From Tilletiaria anomala UBC 951 (taxonomy: Eukaryota): a stretch of 64,000 bases of DNA. The stretch covers positions 1-64,000 of the forward strand of contig NW_013547012.1 of the NCBI RefSeq assembly GCF_000711695.1, read 5' to 3'. The translations under genes were made by a program, and so were the position numbers. The notes below the pieces were generated by a model. That model was not told where the DNA came from, ran no database searches, and saw only the letters and a program-made list of their open reading frames with translations. This document shows positions 25,501-37,932 of the stretch, piece by piece; positions within the stretch are counted from its first letter, which is position 1; every line of letters starts with the position of its first letter.

Positions 25501-26648
25501 CCAGGCCCCCCGCCTCCATTTCCGGAGCCACCGCCTCCGGTATTCCCTGCATCACCACCGGCGCCACCAGTTCCACCGACGCCGCTAGGCCCCCCGCTGC
25601 CTATGCACCCATAGCCCGAGCGTCCGTTCTGGGGGCCTGCACCGGAGACGTTCCAACCGCCGTTGCCATTTGCATTGCTGTTCCAGCCGCTGCCATTCGT
25701 GGATGCGACAAGCCGTAGAGGCGGGGTGTTCGTCGATGCATTGCTGCCGTTGTCCGAATCGAACAAATTTACGAGATCATTGAATGAACGCCTGGGAAGA
25801 ATGCGGTGTCGAATCGGCATCATTGCAGTCGGACTGACCGTGCGCGAAGGGATTCCTTCCAGCTGTGGTTCTTGAAGTGCTCTCTGCGACCCCGGTAGCT
25901 CGGGACGTGAACCCTTTGCGCTTTTGGACCACAAACCTGGGGGGGGATCCACGGATGGAGCAGCCGGCAGCGAAGTCGAGCTCAAGCTTTTATGGCGCTG
26001 TAATCGAGGCCGCTGTATCTGGCCTGAAGACTCAAAGTTGCCGTGCAAGTAGGTGTCATCATCACTTGGAAGGCGCATATTCTGACCCTGCCTGCTGCAA
26101 TAGGAGCCTGCCGACTCGGGACTCGATGCCATCTTGGCGAAGGCGTGTGGTTGGTGGCATCTTGGCATCACCAGGAATCGTTGCGGACTTTCAGCTCCTT
26201 GGTACTCATGAGAATGCGAAGCGTTGATGTTGGAAAGGTCCGAGTTGGAGGCTTGCATCGGTGACGGTGACGAGGAGCCGAAATGAACCGTCCGAGCGTG
26301 TGATTCGAGTAGCAGTGCTTCATCACTCCTACTCCGCCAGTCGACATGCCATGACGGGCAACTCGTTCCACCGAAAGTACTTGAAGCGGTGACGCCACAG
26401 CTGAGGCCTTCGTTGCTACTTTCAGTATCACTGCCCCAGTCAGAATTGTGGTCCTCTATTCGGCGGATTGGCGACCGCGGAGAGTGCCATGATCGCAAAG
26501 TATCGCCCTTCGCATCGAGTTGGTTCCCGTCGGCAATGCATCCTATGTAGAACTTTCTTTCATCAAAAACAGCTTCGATCAATTTTGTGAGGTCTCTTTG
26601 ATGGAAACCGGCCGCGCCGGCGCCATCCGCTCTTAAGAGCATCATCAT
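22506..26648 (-). CDS. KIC1: STE20/GCK-family Ser/Thr kinase, Kic1/Nak1-like
   Basis: Motifs LVGRGAYGAVYRG, VALKVVNLDTPEDDVQDIQHEVAVLSQL, HRDIKAANIL, DFG, GTPYWMAPEVI, DIWSLGIT. Exons 26648-25170, 25096-24638, 24575-22506. Long disordered flanks. The start codon is uncertain. Confidence 0.9.
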
Positions 26649-27208
26649 GTCCAACTTGTGCGAATGTGGGGCCAGGAATGTACCTGAGAGTGGTGCGCTT
26701 GTGCAGTTGCAATTGCGCAGAGTCTGCACCTGCTACTTGCTCAAAGCGATGCTGCTGAGGTCAAATGAGTGAAGCTGCCGGTTTGATAACTATCGAATGC
26801 ATCGAAAACATGGAAACCTGAAGAGGAAGAACGAGTCGGGTGCCGGAGCATAACAACAACTCATACAATCTCGCCATCATTGTTCCACATCGCGCGTGCG
26901 GAACAGCCCATGAGGTCACATACTCTTCAAGATGACTTCAACTGCATTTGCAATCAATTCCACTCGAGCATGCTACAGCGGTGCCGACTTACGCGAAGCT
27001 GCCCGCCATGCTCTATGTGACTTCCAAGAATTTTATGCTGGGAAAGGGCACTCCCGAACCGCCGTCATGACGCAGCGTGGGATTAATATATATGGTTGCC
27101 ATTCAAGCCAGTCAGAAACAGTTTCGCCACCTTCATCTAGTATCCGACGTCGAAGAAAAAATACATAATATTGTGACGCTGGAGTAGCGCCAGGTCTCTG
27201 TGGCTTGT

Positions 27209-29489
27209 TCATGCGAGCTCCTTGGTAATCTTCCCAAGGTCTAGGGAGAGATACGCTTCAATGAAAGATCCAATCTGGCGGTTGAATTGTATGAGTATCG
27301 CTCGGTCATCACCCTGAAACGGAATCAGCACTCACATCGGTATTCTCAATGTTGCCACGCAGACGGTCGATGCCAGGTCCACGCCCAAAGACGTTGACGT
27401 CAAGCCCCGTGTGACCAGCTTCGATAATTGGAAGGTTAGTGCTGAAGAAGAGATTTGCACGCAGCAATATGGAAGCGCAAAACTCACATGTGGACCATCC
27501 AATCTCTGCCCTGCGACTCATCGCATTGGCGATGACAACCCTGCAGACGTCTCTGACGTCGAGGGGCGGGTCCTCCATCATCTGCGAAGCGGGGATCGAG
27601 GCAATGCACTGCGCGATGCTGTCCACTTCTTCGTCCGTGGGCAGACCACCGGTCTGCTCCGTGAAACCTGCGCCCTGCTCACCGAGCGTCTGGCTGCGAA
27701 TGTATTCTGCAAGGTCCTGGGAGCTGCGGCGCTGCTTTGTCGCAAAGCCAACCAGTTCGGCGCTCAGCATTTGCGCGCTTTGCTTGGCGCCAAGGAGGCG
27801 CTCAGGGTACCACGCGTAGTTAGGGTACGCTGCTGTGAGCTGTCGACCAAGCGTGAGCCCTCCAGTCTCGTGATCTGAAGTAGAGATGAGGATGGTTCGT
27901 TCGCCTGCCGCGTTCTTGCTATCCACAAAGTCGCGGACAGTGGCTATCGCCTCTTGGTAGGCCAGAATCTCGCGGGCGTGGCAGGCGCCGTCGTTCGAAT
28001 GCGCGCAAAGGTCGATTTGTGAGCCTTCGATCATCAGGATGAAACCGTTCTTGTTAGAAGAATCGGTATCAAGCATGTGTAGAACCTTGCTTGCGAGCAT
28101 CTTCAGACTCGGGGGTCGCTGATCCTCTGCAATTGCGATCCTGTCAATCTCGTATGGAGTGTTTCCTGGAGCGAGCAAACCCAAGAAGGGAAGGGCAGAC
28201 TTGTGGCTGTCGATGTGGGCAACCACATCCCGTGATCGAGCGCTTACTTTGATTTCAGGAATCTGCGCTGCCGAGACGTGGGCCAGGACGGCGTCTTCGT
28301 AAGATATGTGCGTGGTCATTGAGGGCCGGCGAGCACGGGCATCCCGAGTCCAATTAAGCGGCCAAGCTGCCCAGACATTCCAGCCAAGCGCGGTGGCATC
28401 TGCGACGAGGTCTACATCGTCGGTTCTGCAGCTCATGGGGTGGTCGCGGTGCATAAAGTTGCAGCCACCGCCACCGATGGCCAGATCCAGAACGCGAGAC
28501 GTGCCATTGCGACCTTTGGGATCATCAAGCGTGCCGAGAACTGCTTGCGTTGCAATGTCGGCCTCTAGGGCTCTGCTTGCCGCGTGACTAACGAAGGCGG
28601 CCGGTGTCGCATCAGTGAGTCTGCTCGTGACGACGACACCGGTGAGCATGCCACGCTGATTCTTGGCAGCTTCGAAAAGTGTGCCGCATTTGCGACCTTC
28701 TGAATCGACGCCTATCGCACCATTATATGATTTGAGCGCACAGCTAAACGCCGTGGCACCGGCTGCCGAATCAGTGATGAGTGACGAGGATGAGCGGGAA
28801 CGGTGAGTTCCAATAAGCAGGTCATCCAATGGGAGAGGCTTCGGAGTCGAATACGGGACGTTTGGAATACTCGAGTTGAGTGCAGCGGCAAAGGAGCGGG
28901 CAAATGTCTCTCCAGCCGGTCCACTGCGTTAGGAATGACGATCCATGGCGATTAGAGAGCGTAATTTAGGACATCGATGTATGATGGGCACTCACAAGCC
29001 GTCGCTGATCATGAGGATGACATTCGTCTTGGCGCTCTTCCAATGGGGTGGGCTGCTACCCGGCCACCGCCCACTGAAATGGGTGTGGGTGCTTGCAAGC
29101 AGGTTCAAGACATAAATGAGGCCAGCCACAATGAGCACACCTGCTTTCATGGGGCTGCCGCCGAGTCTGCGCCGCACGCCATGGGGAACCGACAAGGGCG
29201 AGCGGGAGGGTTTGCGCCGGTCATCGTGGCGGTACAGAGGCAGGCCATCATCTTCTGATGCCTCCTTGCTTGCCAAAAACTCATTCGATGGAGGCTTGCA
29301 GCAGGCCTGCGGGCTCGTCTCCGATAATCTATGGAGCGAATCGTTTGGTGAGGCATGATTATGATAGGGCCCTGTCCTCGTGGCCGAGACCGAGTCGGGC
29401 ACGCACTGGTTAAGGGGAGTATTTTGCGAGGTGGAGTTGGTCGTAGGGTGCTTGAGGCCGCGAATGGCCGCGAATTTACTCTCGCTCAT
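27209..29489 (-). CDS. PHO8: Vacuolar-type alkaline phosphatase
   Basis: Motifs NVILMISDGFGPA, ITDSAAGATAF (catalytic Ser), TDATPAAF, MIEGSQIDLCAHSND, TSDHETGG, SGHTGLDV, plus an N-terminal TM anchor. Exons 29489-28996, 28923-27488, 27418-27336, 27274-27209. Confidence 0.93.
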
Positions 29490-30032
29490 GGCGAAAGAAT
29501 CCACAGGGAATCTCCCGGGAGGTTCGAGGGTGAGCTGTTGGTCACTGCGGAGCGTAAAGATGGGGGTATATATATGGAAATAGGGGGTGTATTAGCCATA
29601 TATGCTGACGAAAGTTGAGAGATTAGGGAGCCCGTGACAAGCGATATGCACGGGCGGAACCCTCGCCATCTCACCTCCGCGCTCCTTGCTTTGGATTCTG
29701 GAATGTAGATCGTGAACGATCCTTACGAGGTGAGGCTACAATGTAGTGGACGATTTCGTATCTGGTGTCTGCAGAAGGCAGAGCCGGGAAGCTACCACAG
29801 GTAAGGCTATGGTCCATGACGGAGCATCTCATGCCATTTTGGATTATGGCCAAGGGATCTGGTGTAGTGCAGGAGTTGTACAGAAATCAATTTTCTACAT
29901 CATGCTCGTGCGCCCTTCGCCGCCACCCCGGTAGGCCTTCATTACAGAAGCAGTAGAAACACATGTGGCACCGCATTCCTTCAAGCACTGCTGCAACTGT
30001 CTGCGTGTCCGGCAGTCAAAGCAGGTACTGTT

Positions 30033-33000
30033 TCAAAAGCCGAGGCCACCACGAGTTATCTTGACTGTGGCGCCCACTGGCTCTGCAATCCCTCCAACCT
30101 GCCCGATGCCTGCACCTTCCTTCCATCCCATCATAGACAAAAGCTGAAAAATCGCAAAAGCTTCAGCAAGAATTTTTGGGTACGCTAGCTCCGCCTGAAT
30201 CTGCTCACTTTGTGCCCAATGTTATCCGCGCCAATCTTATCAGCTCCCAAGCCAACCTCGGCCCCTTCGCGATTACGCGGTGCATGAGCACCTCCGCCTG
30301 TCTGACCAACCGTCTTGGGCGCTTTGCCCTTGCCGCGCGCAGCAGCCTTCGTGCCGATACCCCACATGGTTGCCTTTCCTGACAAAATACGCAAGACCTT
30401 GCGGTGATCGACCTCAATACCGCTCCTGGCGAGCTTGATGAGGACGGGGAAACGAGCCTTTCCGGTACCTCGACTTTTGCTCTTCAGTCCGTATGCAGCT
30501 GCTAGCATGTGCACTTGAGCACGGGATCGTTTGTCCATGGGCGGCAGACTCATCGTGTCGTTTCCTGTGTCACGCAAGAAGATCTGGATTTGGCCGTTGA
30601 GCTCATTCAGGTTCTCCGCGTGGCGAAGACCGCTACCACCATCCTCTACGTCCACGTCTTCGTCATAGTCCAAGTCACCACGAGCACGAGCCTGGCGACG
30701 AGCGCGTTTAGCTTCTTTCTTGGCCGTCCTTTCCAATTTGGCGCCTTTATCATGCGTGTTGTGGAAAGGATCCGCAGCTGCAGCTTGACGCTCGGCTGCG
30801 CGCTTCTTCTTGTTCATTGCTTTCGTCTCGCGATCTTTGTTCCATTGCAGCTGTAGGTCATCCGCCCACAGGTCGCCTTCCTTCCACTGCTTCTTGCGTT
30901 CCTTGCCTCCTGTGTAAAACATGCAGAAAGGAATTGCTCAGTCATCACGAGTGATCCAGGAGCAGCAAGCAAGTTGTAAGGCCCTCACCCTTTACTGGAG
31001 GAACTGATCCGATACCAACGACGCGGTCTTCCGCATCAATGACGACATCATCGTCGACGAGATCACCAAAGTCTCCGCGCTCGATTTGCCGGAACAGCTT
31101 TTTGCGTGCGTTACGATCGCGGCCGCTGATGACAACTGCGTTCTCTTCAGTGAGCTTTTCGATCATCCGTATGAAATCTTCATCGCCTTCTGCCCATGTC
31201 ATCCGACCCCGGAACATGCCATCATCCGAGTCGCTAACGCCGTCAACGTCTTCATCTGAATCCGAATTCGAAGATTCACAACCATCCTCCTGGATAGATC
31301 CGAAGGCTCGTTCGCCATCGTCCGATTTGCCCGCATCGCTGTTGTCCGATTTGCTTTCCTGCAGCATTTTTTCCTCTGCCATTCGGACTACGCGGTCCAA
31401 CATGTTGTCCTTGTCGTTCTGAGCCAGCTCTTCCACGAGTCCATCGCTATCTTCATCGCTTGCCCCCTCGTTTTCATCGTCCTCCTCACTCATGGTCATC
31501 CACTCTTCCTCTTCGCGAAGCCGCATCTCGTCTTCGATATCTTGCAGCGTCATTTCGCGATGCCCGCTCGCGCTCATGCCACGCATGAAACGTAACATGG
31601 CGTCCATCTCAGAGTCCTTCTTGCCATCTGACTTCGAGGTTGCGGAAGGGTTGATTGTGTCAATGTGCTCTTCCTCTTCGTCGGCGTTGCCCATCGCATT
31701 GGCCAAATAGTCGGCTAGAATGGCTTCATCGACATTCTGCTTGCGGAAGCGGCGGCCATTACGCTTCCGTTGTCCTTGCGCGGCTTTTGGCGGAAAAATG
31801 ACGATGCTGCTCTGGGCCTTGCCACCATCGGCTACGCCGGCACTTGCAACGCCTTCCTGCAATTTGAGACTCTCTTGCATGGCTAGTTGTAGCATGGCGT
31901 CATCCTGCTCCTTCGATTGAGGTGCGCCAGCCGATGCCGCAAGAGCAATCCTGAGCGCTTCACCGAATAGTTCTCCATCATCGGATCCACTTTCTTCGCC
32001 CAATTGCATATCTTGATCGAGAGCTTCCCCATCCCGCATTTCTGGTGGCCCGTCGCTGCCCCATTCTATGTCCGAGTCTCCGATCCGAGGCACCATGGCC
32101 GAGCGCTCAGATCGCACGGTTTCTTCAGCTCTCTGGCGCCTACGAGCCTTCTTCCCGGCATTCCGAGCCTTCTTGCCCTTCCCTCGTGGCTGCCGATTAA
32201 GCGCGTTCCAGATAGATCGAGGCGCAGGCGGCAGTGCGGAGAATGCCACTGCAGAAGTCGTTGCCGCGGGTGCACTGATAGGCTCTTCAAGGATGGTGAT
32301 AGAGCGCAATTCGGTGTGCTCAATGGCTTCGACTAGCGCCGTGCCCTCCCCCAGAATCTCCTTCACCTCACCTTGACGCAAGGAGGGTAAGCTCAAATCC
32401 CCAGAGTCCTTCAACTCAGCATCCCCGGTGGTATCCAGGACGAAAAGATCTTGGTCTCTCTGCATCTCAGTGTCCATATCGGTAGTAGGAGTCGGCAAAG
32501 TCGGCGAATCAGCTGCATCCTCAGACTCTTGCCCGAGGTCGATGACGATTGGTTGGTTCTTAGACGGCTTGCCATGGGGCGTCTCGGCATCCTGGGCACC
32601 TTCGCCTCTTGCCAGTCTTTGGGCTGCAGCCGCCGCAAGGATCTGATCCAGCTGTCGTTCTTCCTCCGAGTCACTCTCACCTGGATGCGAGCTTCCCATA
32701 GCAGGTTGCGACCCGTCACGAAGCCACGCCTGCGGGATGAGAACAATATCGTCATCTTCTTCGTCATCTTCACTATTAGACTTATCGTGATCGCAAAGCT
32801 CGGATCTGGCCACAAGCGACCCGACTGGGAATGAAGAATGCTGGTTATGTGACATCTCGGCATTCTGGTCTTGCGGCAGCACTTGGCTGCCAGGATACAC
32901 AGCCAGCAGATGCCGTACAAATGCATCCTGTCGTTCAGCGGCGGCTGCAGCGGCCTCGATTTGCTGCACTGAGCCAAATTTCTCTGTTGACGCGATCAGC

Positions 33001-34382
33001 TCGGGACCAAGGACATCCCTCACGAGGGCGTCGAGATCGATGTTTTCTGGTGGCTGGTAAGCTTGCCTTCTTGGAGGATGTGCGACTTGTGCATCGGCAA
33101 CTGCAGGCGGCTTGAACCCGAGTCCAGCCCCGCCGACAGCCCATGCGGCAGAAGAGTTGCTGGTAAGACGCAGAACTTCCTTCTCAGCTTTATGCACTAA
33201 GTCGATAGCATCCTCTTGCGTTCTGCCCTGCTCATTGACCTCGCCTTGCTGAGAGGTATCACTGCCATCCAGCTTGTTCCACTCGCCCTTCTTCCATTCG
33301 CCTTCAGCTTTCTTGAACAGGATCGGAACATGCAGGCGCGCTCTGCCTTCGTCTGCGTCGCGGGCGCCAGAGAAGCGCAGCTGCTTTCCGAATTGTCCTC
33401 TTGAGGAAAACTTAGAGCCGTCTCCGCCGTCAAACTTGCCACTGCCCCCGTTCCTGGCGGCCCAAGTTGGCCCGAGGCCGAATTGCGCCCGATAAGCCGG
33501 TGGTATTCCAGCAAGATATCGCGCGTCGCCTTCCTGCTCAATCGGACGAATCTTGGGGTTCTTATTCGCCTTGCCGCCATAAGTAGTGACACCAGGCGCA
33601 GAGGCAGGCCCAGCATCATCAACTCCACGTGAGGTATAAAACTCGGGAAATTTCGTCTGTTTAATCCGGCCACTGTTGTCCGCCCTCTTTCTCCTCGCCT
33701 TTGATGGCATAGCAGCAGTGTTACTACCTAGTAATTGCTGCTGCTGCAAGGAAACAGCGAGGTCGTAGTCCGTGTGTTCTTGGCTCGGCGAGCTGGTTGC
33801 AGGGAAAGGTGGATGTTGGATTTCGCTATGAGGTACAACTTTGCGCTTGTAAGAATGATGGAGCTGAATGGCAACATCTTCCCTAGGGTCGTCCGAATCG
33901 GACGCGACGCCGTCCCAGAGACCGGCATTCGACGGTTGTGCTTTTGTCTCCGCCAACATCACTTGAGCGTCGACCGCTGTGTCTGCACTCCCGCTCGCCT
34001 TGTCTCGATTCCTGGTAGCACTTCTTTTGTTGAGGTCATCGTAGTTGAATTGAACGGCATTGGCACCCTGCACGGCAAGATGGCCTCCGCGACCTCTTGA
34101 GCCCCTTCCTGCGCCGCGGGGAGTCAAACTCCCCGAGCCGCCTCGACTGCCGCGCGGTGATGAATTTCCCTGCGTGAATTGCTCGAGAAGATGCGAATCA
34201 AAGCCCATTGGGCCCAGAATGCCTCCTCTTGCTCCCCTGCCTCGACCGCCTCGGCCTCGGCCAGTGCCTCTAGCCCCTCGGCCCCGTCCGCGACCTCGAG
34301 ATGGAGGGGCACCAGTGGCAGAGCCATTCAAACCTTGATTTCCAGCACGTGCAACATCGTTTGACTGCTCCTTCTTGCACAT
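30033..34382 (-). CDS. SQS1: Sqs1/Pfa1-like R3H and G-patch protein (Prp43 cofactor)
   Basis: N-terminal RGG box. R3H region LPPMDKRSRAQVHMLAAAYGLKSKSRG. G-patch IGADNIGHKLLSMMGWKEGAGIG...VKITRGGLGF*. Exons 34382-30989, 30909-30209, 30143-30033. Start is uncertain. Confidence 0.88.
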
Positions 34383-34946
34383 CGTGTTTTTGTTCTCGCT
34401 TCCCAAGTGATATGTTTAATGCACCTTGGTTTTGAATCTACGATGCAATAAGGAGCTCTATTGGACTGGGGGCGTGGAGGAAGGCGCATCAGATTCGGTC
34501 AACTGGTTGAAGAGACATGCCTTTAGATGCGTCTCGAAGCGCCTGCGGCACGCCAACTCCGCCTGGGGCACACCCGGGAGCTGCCTGGACACAGTCACTA
34601 CAAAGGCCTTGTGACTCATTGCCGCCACCAGACAGGGTTCGGCACCAAGAGGGCTGCGAGAATTACGACTCACCAAGCAATGCGACAGGCCTGGCAGCTG
34701 AAGCGTGCTAGCTCTCCTCCTCATTGGCAAACTTCTTCCTGCACCTGAACAATGCGTTGAACAACGCACATGGACGTGACGTATAGGCTCACTATCATCA
34801 CCAGCAACCACCAATAACCTCACTCTCGCACCAACTTCTCTGGGCCTTGCAAGGAGGCGCGCGAGGGCGCGTGTGCGTGATGAACTGGAGCATGATTCAG
34901 TCTGGCCCCCGGGTTCCGCATTCCGACTTCCGCCAACGTGCCTCAC

Positions 34947-34973
34947 ACGCGAACTAGAACGCGAACTAGAACG
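34947..34973. repeat. 12-bp tandem duplication (ACGCGAACTAGA) x2.25
   Basis: acgcgaactaga acgcgaactaga acg read directly. Confidence 0.9.
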
Positions 34974-35001
34974 AAAAATAAACAAATAAAAAAGCAACTT
35001 T

Positions 35002-35213
35002 AAAAAGAATCAAAGGTCGGGCTCCAGACCCCGTGTTCAACTAACCTGTGGGCACTGTGCAGTAGAGTTTGAGTCTTCCGCGTGCCCTTGTCGGCGCAGA
35101 GCGCGGACCCTGGTCAGGGCCAGGGCTGGACAGATAGATCTTCGATATGCTTTGGAGAGTCTTATCAACAATATACTCAACGACTTGGGTGCTGTGAAAG
35201 TGGTTCGATGATT
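35002..35213 (-). ncRNA. Candidate Pol III-type small structured RNA, about 210 nt (unassigned)
   Basis: On the minus strand: TAAATAAA at 35244-35237, about 31 nt before 35213. The 5' AATCA pairs with the 3' TGATT, immediately followed by T5 and further T6/T5 runs. Internal hairpins CCCTGG/CCAGGG and GGGCAC/GTGCCC. Confidence 0.35.
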
Positions 35214-36097
35214 TGGTTGCCATGCGGTGACGCGTGTTTATTTACAGGGTCGTGTACCATCGCCGCCGCTGATAGCAAAAGGCATGTCTACGTTGGCTGG
35301 CGTAAGCAGAATGATAACAGCAGCTTGCTATGCATTTGCTCATGCTCGATTAATGGGGTTGGGATTCCTCTTTGTATTTGATCGAGAGATAATGACGATA
35401 TGTTGAGGAAGTGAAGAGCAGAGAAGCGCTGCCAACAACGCACGCTGAATGCAACTTGCTTGAAGGAGGCCATAGGCACTTTCGACCGTCTCGTTACTGT
35501 ATTGACGGATTCCCCCCATCGGCTCATCCCTCAACCCAAAATTGTCACATGGTTCGATCAGCGGCCAGCATGGAGTAGCTTGCACAGCAAATCGATGATG
35601 TGAGCGATGCACACACACCCCACCAGCTCGTGTCACTCATGTACTTGTAAAGGCTGCCGTTCATGAAAGGGAACTAACACCAAAGCCAACGACAACGACA
35701 ACTCTGACACGACAAGCGTCCGTATCAGAGAGAGGATTGCAATTCGTCGGTCCATCATCAAACGGTGACCGTCGCTTCCTCATCGCTTCACGGTTCTCAC
35801 CCTTCGGGCCCCATTCGCGCCTATTTCCCGCTGTCCCCACACCGCCCCCGCTCTCACTAGGTTCTAATTGCTTGCGCTGGTGGATACGTATGTACAACAC
35901 GATTGAAGCTCAGCTGGCGGTACCAGTGGCTGATCGACTCTGAAGGAAAACCTCACCAGTGCTGGCCACGCAAGCTATTGCAGTTCGCAGCGAATGCCGA
36001 CTGCACTCGGTGACTTGACCGTCAACAACTTATGCATAACGTAAAAAGCCACACTCTCCAATTTCGGACACCAAGAGGCCTTCACCAAGTAAATGCC

Positions 36098-37748
36098 ATG
36101 GCTCCACTACCGCTGCACCCAACAGTCCCGGCCATGACGTCGGTGCTCGCATCCTCGCAAGATAGACCCGCCATCGACGATGAAGACAGGCCCATCGAGG
36201 TGCTGTTCACCGGGTTCGGGGTGAGTACAAAACTTGCGGAGTAGCGTGCAAGAATCATCCTGCTGATCATCTACCGCATTGGTCACCAATGTTTCATGCG
36301 CATACATGCAGCCCTTCTCGAGTTTCCAGCACAACCCCTCCTGGCTGGCCGTCAAACCGCTGCACGGCCTTACCCTACGCGGAAGCACCTTCCCCGCAAT
36401 GGGCAGCACCTCGACGACGACAGCGGCGCAGCATCAGGCCAATGACATGCGTACGGACAAGAAGCGCAAGGCCGTCCACCTGCAGGCGATCCAGATCCCC
36501 GTCGCGTACTCGGCCGTGCTCGACACCGTGCCGCGTATCCACAACAACACGCCGCGTCTCCCGCCACCCACGGCCGAGCCGTGGCTCGACCCCGCCGGCG
36601 CGCACGATGGCAGCGCTGGCGATGGCCGCTCCTTCCCACACGGCTACCGCGGCCTACAGCATGTGCCGCGGTCGCACCGCAGGCAGCAGCAGCAGCGTAG
36701 TGATGACGATGACCGTACAGGTGGGCGTGGAGGGGGGGAAGGTGACGGCGGCTACGATGTCGTCATCCACGTCGGCGTCGGGCGCTCCGGGTTCATGCGC
36801 TTAGAGACCCGGGCGCACAAGAGCGGGTACCGGTTCCGTGATAGGAGAAATGCCCTCGCGCCGTTCGTCTACGGCGACCAGGCGGCCGTGGTCGCGGTGT
36901 CGGCGGACTCTGGTGGGTTTGGCAGGGAAGTTACGCAGCCTTGGACTCCAATGCAGCGGTATGAGATGGAGCGATTGAATCCGCAGCAGAAGGGCGATGA
37001 ACCTGCTTCATTTTCTTCATTGACATGTGCGACAGCGAGAACGATAAGCAAAGCACCCGAAGGCGAGGGGAGCGAGGACGAGCTTGAGCCCGAGCCCGAG
37101 CCGGCGCACGCACTTCGGCGCGGCTTCCCCGCTTCCGCGTACCCCACTAGCGAAAGCTTCCGCGACGAAGAGCGGCCCAACGGGGCCCCAGACTGCGCGG
37201 CGGACCGTCCCGTCGACGTGCAGGCGCTCATGAACCATCTGCGCGCCGTGCTCCCGCGCATACCGCCCGCGCTGCTGGAGACGCACGCGCAGGTGCAGGC
37301 GAAAGGGCAAAGGCACGATCAAGGCCAGTTACGACACGGCAGTAGTGCGCACGCACCATTGCAGCAGCCGGCGGAGCATATGCGGCAGTTTGGATATACA
37401 TCACAGCCAATGCTGCAGGAGCAGGAGCAACAGCAGGCACAAGCTCGAGCGAAAACCCAAGAAGCCGTCCCAGTGAGCCTCAGCGCTGACGCAGGTCTCT
37501 TCCTATGCGAGTACATCTTTTATGCCTCCCTGGCGGAGAGCAAGCGTGCAGCAGGGCAGGCTGGTTGTCGCCATGAGGTAGCAGCCATGGATGAAGGACC
37601 GGAGGGCCTAGGGAGGGGTGAGGCATGGCGAAGGAAACGCACGAAAGTCCTGTTCGTGCATTGTCCGCCTGTAGGACAGTACATGAGCTCGGAAGAGGTG
37701 CGCGCAGTGCTGCAGGAAATTGCATGGTGGGTTGCTGTGCACGACTGA
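36098..37748 (+). CDS. Pyroglutamyl-peptidase I (peptidase C15) with long insertions
   Basis: VLFTGFG|PFSSFQHNPSW across intron 36221-36311. Motifs VVIHVGVG, MRLETRAHKSGY (Glu), SADAGLFLCEYIFYASL (Cys), VLFVHCPP (His). Confidence 0.88.
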
Positions 37749-37932
37749 GCATCCGTCGAGGTTGTATGTAGGATGGCATGGTGTCATCTCGCAGCCACAA
37801 GTCAAGAGTTGATCCAAAGTCTGTATCATAGCGAGAAAGCAAAATGGAGGGAAATTTTTGACTCCATTCTGCCCATGCTGGCATCACGCATCCATACATT
37901 ACAGCACTCGCTCTCGAGTGAAGGACCGACCC

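Noticed and set aside
35030..35196. Fragments resembling 5S rRNA or RNase MRP (TGGGTGCTGTG, ACACGGGG, GAGAGTC)
   Set aside because: The fragments fall on opposite strands or lack their pairing partners, so no complete family structure can be built.
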